Both the position numbers and the translations under genes were made by a program. This document shows, piece after piece, positions 1 to 9,772 of a DNA stretch of 60,431 bases. Each line of letters begins with the position of its first letter. The first letter of the stretch is position 1. The notes beneath the pieces were generated by a model. The model had not been told where the DNA came from and did not search any database. It saw only the letters and a list, made by a program, of their open reading frames with translations. Source of the DNA: Promethearchaeota archaeon (GTDB taxonomy: Archaea; Asgardarchaeota; Lokiarchaeia; Sigyniarchaeales; SOKP01). Location: NCBI GenBank assembly GCA_011364975.1, contig RDOE01000010.1:1-60431 (forward strand), written 5' to 3'.

Positions 1-125
1 GATTCATTACTGTTATAATCTATGATTTGGATTTTAGTATCAATATCTATTATTTCACCCGTAAATACTGGAGTACCTGGAGGAAGCCCAACCTTTGCAG
101 TCTTTTTTCTAGCTAACTTTTTCAT
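1..125 (-). CDS. corA: CorA magnesium/cobalt transporter, 5' fragment (runs off window start)
   Basis: Manual translation from ATG at 125 gives MKKLARKKTAKVGLPPGTPVFTGEIIDIDTKIQIIDYNSNE; GLPPGT..TG and IDY are the typical CorA N-terminal motifs. Not in the ORF track. Confidence 0.85.
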   Translation of the reverse strand, partial: MKKLARKKTAKVGLPPGTPVFTGEIIDIDTKIQIIDYNSNE

Positions 126-178
126 TTAGATACACTAGCAATTATATAAACAATTATAATAGGAATAAATTGTATTTC

Positions 179-988
179 TTATATATTTTTTAAAATATTT
201 GGAGTGCTAATATCAATTCCGTATTTAATCATTGTATCCAATATTGCAGCTCGCAAGTCTCCTTCGATTTGTAGTATTTTCGCTATCTCTTTTATAAATA
301 CAAACAAAGTATATTCAACAGCAAAATTTTGAAAATTAGTAATTCTTACAAAAGGTTTAGGCTCATTTAAAATCAACGAGACCTTCACTGCTGCTTCAAG
401 AAGTGCAGACTCAACCTTAATTCGATCTTCTTTATAATCTGCTGTAATCGTAATAGTTCGTCTTATCCGGCTTTTTTTCCCGAGGTTTATTGTTTCATCA
501 GTAATTAATTTCTGATTGGGTATGGAAATTTTTACACCATCTAAATCAATCATTAATGTAAATATTAATTTTATTTCTTCTACTCTAGCAACTTTATTAT
601 TATGTACAATATAATCATCTACAGTGAAAGGTCTGCTCAACATTATGATAAATCCTGCTATCACATTCCCAAGTGTATTTATAGCTGCGAATCCAATTAT
701 TGTCCCTCCCATTAGTGTAAAAAGAGATGTGAACAAACCAAGTGTTTCAATAAACTGAAACATAATAACACTAACTATCACTAATCCAATTACGATTTTA
801 ATTAGCCTTTGGACGTTTTTTGCAGTGGTGGGTTCTAATTTACCTGTCTTCTTTAAACGAGAAATCTGCTTTTTTATGATTATGTATATAATCCATCCAA
901 ATATTATAGTAAACGCAGAAATGATTATTTGGTATGCATTTGCGAAAAACCATTCAATAAAAATATCTAAAACATTTTGAAATAACAT
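179..988 (-). CDS. mscS: Small-conductance mechanosensitive channel (MscS family)
   Basis: Three N-terminal TM helices, IGFAA..TLGNVIAG..I...RPF.V.D.I and IPN motifs, C-terminal alpha/beta domain. Confidence 0.9.
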   Translation of the reverse strand: MLFQNVLDIFIEWFFANAYQIIISAFTIIFGWIIYIIIKKQISRLKKTGKLEPTTAKNVQRLIKIVIGLVIVSVIMFQFIETLGLFTSLFTLMGGTIIGFAAINTLGNVIAGFIIMLSRPFTVDDYIVHNNKVARVEEIKLIFTLMIDLDGVKISIPNQKLITDETINLGKKSRIRRTITITADYKEDRIKVESALLEAAVKVSLILNEPKPFVRITNFQNFAVEYTLFVFIKEIAKILQIEGDLRAAILDTMIKYGIDISTPNILKNI

Positions 989-1247
989 CCTTTATTCATT
1001 CTCTATAGTTAATTTTACGATTATAAAAAGACTTTTAAATTATTAATATTTAAATTTTCTTCTTTTAAATTGTCAATTGAAAGATTTCAATTAAAGGTAG
1101 AATTGTCGTTCTTACCACTGGAATTTTTTGATACTTTAGGCATTTTCAAGAAGATAATGAGAAATTATATTAAGATATAACTTTTTTCGTGAAATTAACC
1201 TTTCACGATCTTAATTTTAATAAAAATTAAAAAAAAAACAGTTTATG

Positions 1248-2096
1248 TTATTTCGCATTCTTCCACTTTTCATAAGATGACAATAGATTTTTGACATCAT
1301 CAATACCCATTACATCCTTAGCAAAACCACCCTCTATTGGATTAAATCCAAGAAAAAGAAGTTTAAGTTTTTTAAGATGTTCCAATCCTTTAATTTCAGT
1401 GATTTGATTTCTATCAAGATACAAGTTTTCTAAATTTATCAATTTGTTTAAACCTTTTATCTCTGTGATCTTATTATTATCTAGATGTATTGTGTCAAGT
1501 TTGATGAGCGTGTCTAATCCTTTTATCTCTTCTATTAAATTATTATCAAGAAATAGCCAATTAAGATTTAGTAGTTTATCTACATTGCATATCTCCGTTA
1601 TCTGGTTACGACGAAGAATTAAAACTTGAAGATTTCGCAACTTATTTAATCCTTTGATTTTTGTGATTTGATTCTGATTAATGTCCAACCGAAGAAGATT
1701 AACCTGTGTATCTAAACCATATATTTCTGATATATTATTTTCATTAAGTTCCAACCATTTCAGGTTTATTAATGAATCCAGTCCTCTAATATCGGAAATT
1801 TGATTTCTATTAAGAAATATTCTATCAAGATTTACTAATGTTTCAATTCCTTCCAAATTTTTAATTTGATTGTTGTTAAGAAATAATTGTTTTATTTGGG
1901 GAATAACTTCCAACCCATATAATTCGGTAAGTTGATTATTAGAAAGATCAATCGCTTCGAGTTTTTTAAGTTTATCTAACCCCTTAATATCCGAAATTGC
2001 TTTAATATTTAAATTTGAGAGATTTAGTCGTAAAAGACCTATTTCTTCTTTTACTTGAACCTTTTTACCATTAATCTTTACAGCCCCTAATCCTAT
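1248..2096 (-). CDS. Leucine-rich repeat protein (SDS22/internalin-like 22-aa repeats); probable non-canonical start
   Basis: LxxLxLxxNxIxxIxGL repeats. ORF track starts at TTG 1913, but the frame stays open and LRR-like to about 2129; an AGGTGAG SD-like motif precedes ATA at 2096. Confidence 0.8.
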   Translation of the reverse strand: MGLGAVKINGKKVQVKEEIGLLRLNLSNLNIKAISDIKGLDKLKKLEAIDLSNNQLTELYGLEVIPQIKQLFLNNNQIKNLEGIETLVNLDRIFLNRNQISDIRGLDSLINLKWLELNENNISEIYGLDTQVNLLRLDINQNQITKIKGLNKLRNLQVLILRRNQITEICNVDKLLNLNWLFLDNNLIEEIKGLDTLIKLDTIHLDNNKITEIKGLNKLINLENLYLDRNQITEIKGLEHLKKLKLLFLGFNPIEGGFAKDVMGIDDVKNLLSSYEKWKNAK

Positions 2097-2500
2097 TACT
2101 TTCTCACCTAAACTATTAATTGTATTTTTTAATATTACTTTTTTATTGATTTATGTATTAAGTTCTTATATATTTATCATAATGAAAACAAACATGAAAA
2201 AAGGATCAAAACCTCTTCGATTTCTTCTATTGATTGGCCCTTTTGGAATTTAAATCCTTTCAATTAGAGGTTTTAAAATTGATTCGAAAAAAGCCAAGCT
2301 ATTATATCTTCTATTATTGTTTGATTTATCATTTTGAATATTTTTAATTCTATTATTTAACACTTATTTTCGCCTTTTTTGTATATCATTATTTTAAGAA
2401 CATTCGTTATAAAGAAGACTCCTTATATAAATGTCCTGTTAAATAAATTCATTGCTTTTCTAATTCGAAGATATTCATTTGAGAGAAAAAGCACGAGAAA

Positions 2501-3352
2501 TTATAATGTTCCAAGAAAATTAGCAATGTCGGAAGATTTTGGAACTTCTACTCCAAAATAATTCTTAACAATTTCATACAGAAATTCCAAATAAGGTATC
2601 TGTATTTTAATATTATGTTTTTTTTGCAAAAACTCAATTATTTTCTTCGTATATATTGTTTCTTTTTTCTTTAATCCTTTTATATACTCTACAACACTTT
2701 TAGACAATTCAAATGCTTTTTTTAGTTCATTTTTAAGAATAATGATACTAGAAGATGGATCATATTCATTTAAAAACTTCTGAACTATATTCCGCTCAAC
2801 TCCAAGTTTTTTTATGTCCAAAATATTATTATCATCTTTTAAAATGTCTTTACCTCTAAGAAGAATGTGCTCACTGAAATTCTCGGGTTTATAGTCTAAT
2901 TCTGAAACGATTTCAACACTATTTTCAAAAGAATTTTCAGTGATATATGTTAAAAAATTCCGCATATCATCGAACATATATTCTTGGTCTGAAATAATTA
3001 AAATATATCTCTTTAAAACTATTGCTCTTATAAGAAATGACAATTGTGATGCTGTTATATTTAATTTAATCAAACTTAAATCTATAAATCCTAAATCTTT
3101 TGATTTTTCGGTATCAGTTTCTTGTTCTTCTATCGAATCGGGGAGATCTATTTGAAAATCAGCCATAAAAGTATCCCGAATAATTAAATTCTTGTCAACA
3201 TAAGCTACAAAAGAATGGTCGCAGATGATACCCTCAGCAACATTAACTGCAAAAAGACCTCTTGAGCTATTTTTAACCTCTTCTTCTGATACCTCGATAA
3301 ACCCTCTACCAGAACAAGAAGGACATCGAATTTCAAGTTTAGTCATATTCAA
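2501..3352 (-). CDS. Hypothetical protein with N-terminal CxxC...CxH zinc-binding domain
   Basis: 283-aa ORF with CPSC and ICDHSF motifs; helical C-terminal part. Confidence 0.7.
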   Translation of the reverse strand: MNMTKLEIRCPSCSGRGFIEVSEEEVKNSSRGLFAVNVAEGIICDHSFVAYVDKNLIIRDTFMADFQIDLPDSIEEQETDTEKSKDLGFIDLSLIKLNITASQLSFLIRAIVLKRYILIISDQEYMFDDMRNFLTYITENSFENSVEIVSELDYKPENFSEHILLRGKDILKDDNNILDIKKLGVERNIVQKFLNEYDPSSSIIILKNELKKAFELSKSVVEYIKGLKKKETIYTKKIIEFLQKKHNIKIQIPYLEFLYEIVKNYFGVEVPKSSDIANFLGTL

Positions 3353-3502
3353 AAATAGTAATACTAATACTTTGATTTAAAGATTGAGAATATTTGGTAA
3401 TTATGAAATATTTTAATCAAAATATTATTTAAATTTTCACTTCAGTAAAATTTAATAAAGTTATTATTATTTTATAGGGACGTATAAACTACGAAATGAG
3501 AT

Positions 3503-3982
3503 TTAATATCTCTGAACTTTTGCATAATTCTTTTCTATTAAATTCGCTATCAATAAACAAACTAATGCTGCAACATTTTCAGCAACAATAAAAGAAATTG
3601 TATTATTTATTATTAACGTGCTTATTGAAAAGCTGATAAAGAATAAAGCAGCAAAGGTGGGAAATGTAATAGTTAACGGTCTAATGATGGGAAACTGTAA
3701 AATAATCTTGAGTTTTGAAATGTTGGATCTGGATTTATAATATTGATTCTTTAGTACTTTTTTTCTTTCAATTTGAGCAAAGGATTCAAAAATAATTATG
3801 TTTCCAAAGAATAAAGCTATACTTATCCCTATTGGAATTAAAATTATAACAATATAATTACCTACTGATAAAAAATATTGTGCTATGAAAACGAATAAAA
3901 CTTGAAAAAGCCCACATACTCCAAATAGCATTAAAGCTATTGGTAGATATTCTTTTGAAGTCCAACGAAATCTTAACGGCAT
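3503..3982 (-). CDS. Hypothetical 4-TM membrane protein
   Basis: Four hydrophobic segments; start moved to ATG 3982 (MPLRFRW) because the longer ORF overlaps the tRNA. Confidence 0.75.
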   Translation of the reverse strand: MPLRFRWTSKEYLPIALMLFGVCGLFQVLFVFIAQYFLSVGNYIVIILIPIGISIALFFGNIIIFESFAQIERKKVLKNQYYKSRSNISKLKIILQFPIIRPLTITFPTFAALFFISFSISTLIINNTISFIVAENVAALVCLLIANLIEKNYAKVQRY

Positions 3983-4008
3983 AATTAATCCTTTCTTAAA
4001 CTTTATAG

Positions 4009-4081
4009 TGGGCCAGGAGGGAATTGAACCCCCGACCTCCCGCACGTCAAGCGGACGTCATAACTACTAGACCACTGGCCC
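4009..4081 (-). tRNA. tRNA-Val(GAC), intron-less, CCA not encoded
   Basis: GGGCCAG/CTGGCCC acceptor stem, discriminator A, anticodon stem TCCGC/GCGGG with loop TT-GAC-GT, T-loop TTCAATT. Confidence 0.95.
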
Positions 4082-4186
4082 TTAAAAAATTATAAATTAA
4101 ATAAATTAGATGTCTAAAAAATAAATATTTTATCTATTTTTAAAATGTAAAAAAAGAAAATTATAATAGATATTATTCAGTTTTAA

Positions 4187-5410
4187 CTATAGTTTTTTTT
4201 CTCGTAATGCTTTAATCATTGGTAAGTCTTTTCCTGAGAGAATTTCTAACATTGCGCCTCCTGCAGTTGAAATAAAAGAAACATCATCAGCTTTTCCGGC
4301 CATAGATGCTGCAGCACCCATTTCACCCCCTCCGATAACGGTTAGTGCGTGATTCTTCTTGGTTGCTTTTACCATAGCATCTACCATTTCATTAGTTCCT
4401 TCTCTAAACACCTCTTGTTCAAAAATACCTGGAGGCCCATTCGCAACAATTGTTTTACAATCCATAATGATCTTTTTAAAATCCTTAACAGTTTTTGGTC
4501 CAATATCTCCTGTAGTTTTATTAAATTTCGCGGCTTCATCAACTGATATTGTTTTTCTTTTTCCATTTTCTTCAATAATTAAGTCTTCAGGTAGAATTAT
4601 TCGATCTTTATACTTCTTATAGGTTTCACGAATCATATCTTTGTTTTCTTCTAAATCTTTGGCAATGATTTTATGATTAGGTTCCCCCATAGGTTTCCCT
4701 AAAGCTTCAAAGATAAGTACTGCTGTTAACCCAGAACATAACGCATAATCAAGTTTATCATTGTCAAAATTAAATTTCATTGCTTTAAACTTGTCAATTG
4801 CTTTTGCTCCTCCGATTAACATAGCCATTGGTTTTTCAGGTTCATCCATTATCTTTTTTAAGGCAAATAATTCTTTGGCTGTAATAGGTCCTGCAAGCAT
4901 TTTTGGCCATCCTACTATTGAGGCATTTGCTCTGTGGGCCGCTCCAAAAGCATCCACAATCACATAATCTACTAATGGAAAGAGTGTCTTAATCATTTCT
5001 GTATTTTCTGCATCAGAAAAGTTCTTATATTCTTTCATTTCGCCTTCAAATTTTCGGACATTATTCAAGACTAACACTTCTCCTGGTTTTAGAGCCTTTA
5101 TTGCTTGAATTGCCTCATTACCATAAATATCTTTTACAAATTTTACTGGACGTCCTAACTCTTTTTCAATTTCTCTAGCATGTATATCTAAATCTGTGAA
5201 ATCCTTATCTCCAGGTCTAGACTGATGAGCCATTATAATAACAGCACTATCTTTAAAATTTTCATTTAAAGCAGGTACTAAAGCTCGAATACGAGGAGAG
5301 TCTCGAATTTCCATTTTATCTACATCAATATTGGAATTAATGTCTACACGAATAAGAACTTTCTTTCCCTTCAAATCAACATCTTTATAAGATGTATAAT
5401 CAATTTTCAT
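4187..5410 (-). CDS. pgk: Phosphoglycerate kinase
   Basis: RVDINS, HQSRPG, DAFGAAHR, GGAK, NGPPGIFE, ISTAGGA motifs (archaeal type). Confidence 0.97.
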   Translation of the reverse strand: MKIDYTSYKDVDLKGKKVLIRVDINSNIDVDKMEIRDSPRIRALVPALNENFKDSAVIIMAHQSRPGDKDFTDLDIHAREIEKELGRPVKFVKDIYGNEAIQAIKALKPGEVLVLNNVRKFEGEMKEYKNFSDAENTEMIKTLFPLVDYVIVDAFGAAHRANASIVGWPKMLAGPITAKELFALKKIMDEPEKPMAMLIGGAKAIDKFKAMKFNFDNDKLDYALCSGLTAVLIFEALGKPMGEPNHKIIAKDLEENKDMIRETYKKYKDRIILPEDLIIEENGKRKTISVDEAAKFNKTTGDIGPKTVKDFKKIIMDCKTIVANGPPGIFEQEVFREGTNEMVDAMVKATKKNHALTVIGGGEMGAAASMAGKADDVSFISTAGGAMLEILSGKDLPMIKALREKKL

Positions 5411-5702
5411 GGTTTTCCGCTCCTTAAATTTGGATTTAATTAATTTTAATATTATTTTTCTTTGAAATTTTAGTTTAATAATTATAATATTTGATAATAA
5501 AAAAGATTTGATGAGATAACTTTAGTGATCTTACAATCGTCTAGAATATATAATTCTAAATTGAACACTTATAATTACAAAAATATTAATGGAAATTTAC
5601 TGGTTTTTATTAAAAATTGCTTTAGATTTTAATAAACAGATATTTTAATATATAATTAAACGTTTCAATATTCTTAATAATCTTAATTTAGAGTTTTTTT
5701 AT

Positions 5703-6950
5703 ATGGTTAAGCATCAATTAGATATTGGCTTTTTTTCTTGCATGTATAGTCAAGTTAATGGAACAGCACATGCAGTAAGTTTTCTTTCAGAAGCAATAGC
5801 CAAATTAGGACATAATGTACACGTATTTGCTCCCAAAATTCAAAATGGTCATGATATTCCAAAAACGCTTCATTATCATAGTTTAGGTGGTGCAGTAGTG
5901 GATTCCAAAACTGGATTTGTTTTAAGTGTACCAATTAATAAATATTTCAATTGTGAACATGATTATCTAGATGTACTTCATACTCATACACATGAAACTG
6001 TTGGATCTATGGGCGCATTGTGGTCAAAACAACTTGGTATTCCTGTTATTGGTACTCATAACGGACCTATGGCTTTTTATTCTGCTCAATATTTACCGGT
6101 TATAGGAAAAGCATTAGTTAAGACTGATTTGATTTGGAGATATGAGCGCCATATTCTTGATTTATATGATTTTGTTCATGTTCCTACAAAATCGAAAAAA
6201 GATTTACTTCGTGATTATAGATTTCGAGAGCCAATTATATGTTTATCAAATGGAATTCCTGACTTGTTTTATTCAGAAGTCAAAGAAAATGGGATTAGAG
6301 AAAAGTATGGTTTAGAAGGTAAAAAAGTATTACTATATGCCTCGCGCTTATCTCCTGAAAAACATAATATAAAGATTATTAAAGTGTTTAAGAAAATTCA
6401 TGATCAGGTACCAGATTCTCATCTATTACTGGTTGGTAGTGAGGGACCTTCAACTGAAAATGTAAAAAGTATTATTAAGAATCCTAAATATAGTGAATTT
6501 GTATCATATGCGGGTAGGGTTCCATTTTTAGACCTATTAAGGTTATATAATACTGCAGATGTGACCTGTTTATGGTCATGGGTTGAAGCTGAGGGTTTAG
6601 TTTTAATTGAAGCTATGGCTCAAGGGACACCTAGTGTCGGAGCTAATGCTTACGGGATTAAAGATGTAATCCGGCATGGAGAAACTGGTTACTTAGCCAA
6701 TAATATTGAGGAATTCCAAAATTATGTGATTAAACTTTTTAAAGATGATGCTCTTCGTGCTCAATTTGGCATACGAGCGAAGGAGATTTCTCAAGATTAT
6801 AAAATTAGCGAGATCGCAAAAACTTGGGTTAATCTTTATAAATTTGCTATCAATGAAGTTCATCCGCTAAAATATAGACGAGAAAAGAGAGCTCCTAGAG
6901 TCAATCTAGTTAAAAATTATGTAAAACAACTCTCAAATGTCTCATTTTAA
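5703..6950 (+). CDS. GT4 family glycosyltransferase (resembles diacylglycerol glucosyltransferases)
   Basis: Y.SQVNG, HTHT, RLSPEK, EAEGLVLIEAMAQGTP (EX7E) motifs. Confidence 0.85.
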   Translation: MVKHQLDIGFFSCMYSQVNGTAHAVSFLSEAIAKLGHNVHVFAPKIQNGHDIPKTLHYHSLGGAVVDSKTGFVLSVPINKYFNCEHDYLDVLHTHTHETVGSMGALWSKQLGIPVIGTHNGPMAFYSAQYLPVIGKALVKTDLIWRYERHILDLYDFVHVPTKSKKDLLRDYRFREPIICLSNGIPDLFYSEVKENGIREKYGLEGKKVLLYASRLSPEKHNIKIIKVFKKIHDQVPDSHLLLVGSEGPSTENVKSIIKNPKYSEFVSYAGRVPFLDLLRLYNTADVTCLWSWVEAEGLVLIEAMAQGTPSVGANAYGIKDVIRHGETGYLANNIEEFQNYVIKLFKDDALRAQFGIRAKEISQDYKISEIAKTWVNLYKFAINEVHPLKYRREKRAPRVNLVKNYVKQLSNVSF

Positions 6951-7304
6951 TTATTTTAATAAAAACTCTTTATTTAATCAAATAATGGTATTGGGTATAT
7001 ATTTGATATTAAAATCTAAGAAATCTTAAAGGATAAAAAAAATTTAAATATTAATTTTATATGGATTTTATATTTTTATTATCTCCTTTTCCTTCTTTTT
7101 AAAAATCAATTATTAATAATCAAGAAGCTAGCTATTCCCTTTACGCTAATTATTATTACCGCATAAAATTAAAAGTTAAAATCTTCGAGCAATTAAATTA
7201 TTCCCAACTTTTCTGTGTGATAAACTAAGAGAGATTAAAAGTTACCCAGAACTTATAATACATATAGATAATTAATTATAATCAGATATTAGCGGTAAAT
7301 TGAA

Positions 7305-8084
7305 ATGGAGAATATTAGAGAAATTTTACAGAAATTGTTAAATAATGAATGCTCTGTTGAAGAAGCAGAAAAGTTACTTAAAGCTAACATCATTGAGGAG
7401 GTTGGAGATTTAGCTAAATTAGATGTCTTCCGAAAACTAAGAACTGGTATCGTAGAAGTAATATTTGCAGAAAGTAAAACCCCAGAAATGGTTATCCATA
7501 TTATTAACTCATTTTTAGAAAAAAATAAATTTGCAATAGTTTCGAGATTTAGAGAAGACCAAATGACCGTGATCAGACAAACTTACAATAAAAATAATGG
7601 TTACATTCTGGAAGTAAATAATTTAGCTAAAGTAGTTGTTATAAAAACCAAAGAGTATGAGTTCAAGAAAAATAGAGGAATAATTGGTATAATCACAGCA
7701 GGAAGTTCTGATATACCTGTTGCGGAAGAAGCAAAAGTTATTGCACAATCAATGGGATGTGAAGTAATTACGAGTTACGATTTGGGTATAGCAGGAATCC
7801 ACCGCATATTCAATCCACTAAGTGAAATGATTAAAAAAGGAGTTCATGTAATTATTGTATGTGCAGGAATGGAAGGAACTTTACCAGGAGTTGTAGCGGC
7901 TCTAGTTGATATTCCAGTAATTGGTGTTCCTGTATCAAGTGGTTATGGATTGGGTGAAAAAGGTATTGGTGCCTTAACAACTATGCTCCAGTCATGCTCA
8001 CCTGGATTATTAGTCGTTAATATCGATAATGGATTTGGAGCGGGAGCTTCTGCTGCGTTAATTGCTAATAGAACGAAGGGCTAA
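7305..8084 (+). CDS. larB: Nickel-pincer cofactor biosynthesis protein LarB (PurE-like)
   Basis: LD..R..RTG..EVIF.E.K, AGSSDIPVAEEA, D.GIAGIHR, AGMEG.LP, ML.SC.PG..VVNIDNGFGA. Confidence 0.95.
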   Translation: MENIREILQKLLNNECSVEEAEKLLKANIIEEVGDLAKLDVFRKLRTGIVEVIFAESKTPEMVIHIINSFLEKNKFAIVSRFREDQMTVIRQTYNKNNGYILEVNNLAKVVVIKTKEYEFKKNRGIIGIITAGSSDIPVAEEAKVIAQSMGCEVITSYDLGIAGIHRIFNPLSEMIKKGVHVIIVCAGMEGTLPGVVAALVDIPVIGVPVSSGYGLGEKGIGALTTMLQSCSPGLLVVNIDNGFGAGASAALIANRTKG

Positions 8085-8231
8085 TACCTCTTTACTCTTC
8101 TTCGATTTATATTAAATTTTACTATATTTTGATATAATTAATTAAGAAAATTATAAATATATCAATAAAGAAATACTTGCTAAATTAATTATAATTATCA
8201 AAAATAAAAATAATATTTAAAGTGGTTTTAA

Positions 8232-8894
8232 ATGGCACCCACAGCAGCTTCATTGGAAGCTCTTTCGAAACTAAGACAATTAAATCCCGAAACTGGATGG
8301 TATATTGTAACCTTTTTAGTAATAGTTTTATATATCTATGGCGTGGAGATCAAAAAAGCAAGGGAAACGAAAAATTGGAATACTGTTTTTGCAGGTTTAA
8401 CTTTATTTGGCCTTGATTTTATAAATGAGATATGGAATGCGTTAGTTTTCGCGTTTTCAGATTATTCTGCTTTTTGGACAACACCAAATGCAAGTGGTTT
8501 CATCATTCTTATAGGATGGAATATTGAGATTGCTTTCATGTTTTCTATTGCTGGGATTGTATTTGCTAAGTTCTTACCGGATGATAAGAATAAAAAGCTA
8601 TTTGGTTTACCCAATCGTTGGGCTAATGCAGTTGGATTTGCTATATTCAGTGTATTCGTTGAGGTTCTATTAAATCGAGGAGGATATTTGATTTGGGAAT
8701 ATCCTTTTTGGAATTGGTATACCCCTTATTTGATCTTCCTGATTGGATACTTTCATTTTTTTGTTGGCGCATTTTATGTATATGATCTTCCAACAATAAA
8801 AGAAAAAGTGAAAGTAGTAGGGATGATTTATGGGGTTATAACTGTGTTACTATGCATTTTTGGACCAATATTAGGACCTTTAGGAATTTTTTAA
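8232..8894 (+). CDS. Hypothetical polytopic membrane protein (about 6 TM)
   Basis: Hydrophobic helices with conserved-looking DF.NEIWN, W.T, GWNIEI motifs. Confidence 0.7.
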   Translation: MAPTAASLEALSKLRQLNPETGWYIVTFLVIVLYIYGVEIKKARETKNWNTVFAGLTLFGLDFINEIWNALVFAFSDYSAFWTTPNASGFIILIGWNIEIAFMFSIAGIVFAKFLPDDKNKKLFGLPNRWANAVGFAIFSVFVEVLLNRGGYLIWEYPFWNWYTPYLIFLIGYFHFFVGAFYVYDLPTIKEKVKVVGMIYGVITVLLCIFGPILGPLGIF

Positions 8895-8900
8895 AAAAAA

Positions 8901-8918
8901 CTTTTTTTATTTTTTTTT
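8901..8918 (+). terminator. Oligo-T archaeal terminator
   Basis: ctttttttatttttttt immediately after the stop codon of 8232..8894. Confidence 0.5.
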
Positions 8919-9170
8919 GAGTTATACGATAATAAAATATGATTATCTATTCAATTAAACAACTTTTTAAATAAAAAATAGTCTTAAGCATGAATGAATC
9001 CAATTCCAGTGTTAAACCCAATTACACGTTAATAAATCTTGAAGCTATTTTTAATATCCCAACACCTTTTCCTTGAAATGTAAAAGTATATAAATATAGT
9101 TCAATATAATTTATATTGAAATTACTAGTCCTTAATAATCTAAATCTAATAAAAAAAGAAAGGTTATTAG

Positions 9171-9713
9171 TTGAGACCAATGGTCGCAACCTTCGAAGAT
9201 TTTGAGAAATCAAAAAAGTTGTTTAATAATGGCGATATAACTAATACTTTAGAGAGTCTTGATAAGGTCTTAGATCAATTAGATCGTTCTAAAAATGAAA
9301 AAAAAGCAGATGTTCTGCAGTTTTTAAATAAACTATTAAAATATTGTCAAGAAAATCATCTAACTGATGAAGAAGCTAGAGTATTAAGGGCACTCGCAAA
9401 AGCACATACTAAATTCAAAGAGCACGCTGAAGCTTTAAAATATTCATATCAAGCATTAAAAGTCAGAAAAAAATTAGGTAAAAAATTAGATATTGCTGAT
9501 AGTATGGTTTTTCTAGCAGAAGATCTAGAAGTTTCTGGTAATTATTCTGAATGCATTAAAAATTTTTCAGAAGCAGCGGATATTTATCGCGAGCTAGGAA
9601 AATTACGTAAAGAAAAGGATGTAAGAAAAGAACTCAAGAGATTGGAAGCATTTTCAAAACAAATGGTCGAGGATGAATACTACTTAAACAAATTCCATAT
9701 TGACAAATTTTAA
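9171..9713 (+). CDS. Tetratricopeptide repeat protein
   Basis: Helical repeats with A..L..LA..., AL.Y..QAL...K.LG pattern; start may be ATG 9180. Confidence 0.75.
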   Translation: MRPMVATFEDFEKSKKLFNNGDITNTLESLDKVLDQLDRSKNEKKADVLQFLNKLLKYCQENHLTDEEARVLRALAKAHTKFKEHAEALKYSYQALKVRKKLGKKLDIADSMVFLAEDLEVSGNYSECIKNFSEAADIYRELGKLRKEKDVRKELKRLEAFSKQMVEDEYYLNKFHIDKF

Positions 9714-9772
9714 TCATTCCAAAGGAAGTTATATCTAAACACTAATTATTTTTTTCTTTTTGTTTTATTTAT

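Noticed and set aside
3983-4045. N-terminal 21 aa (MREVGGSIPSWPT...) of the 180-aa ORF
   Set aside because: It is the translated T-arm/acceptor of tRNA-Val; the real start is more likely ATG 3982.
4009-4081. tRNA as integration site of an island or provirus
   Set aside because: No integrase gene and no duplicated tRNA 3' end were seen elsewhere in the window.
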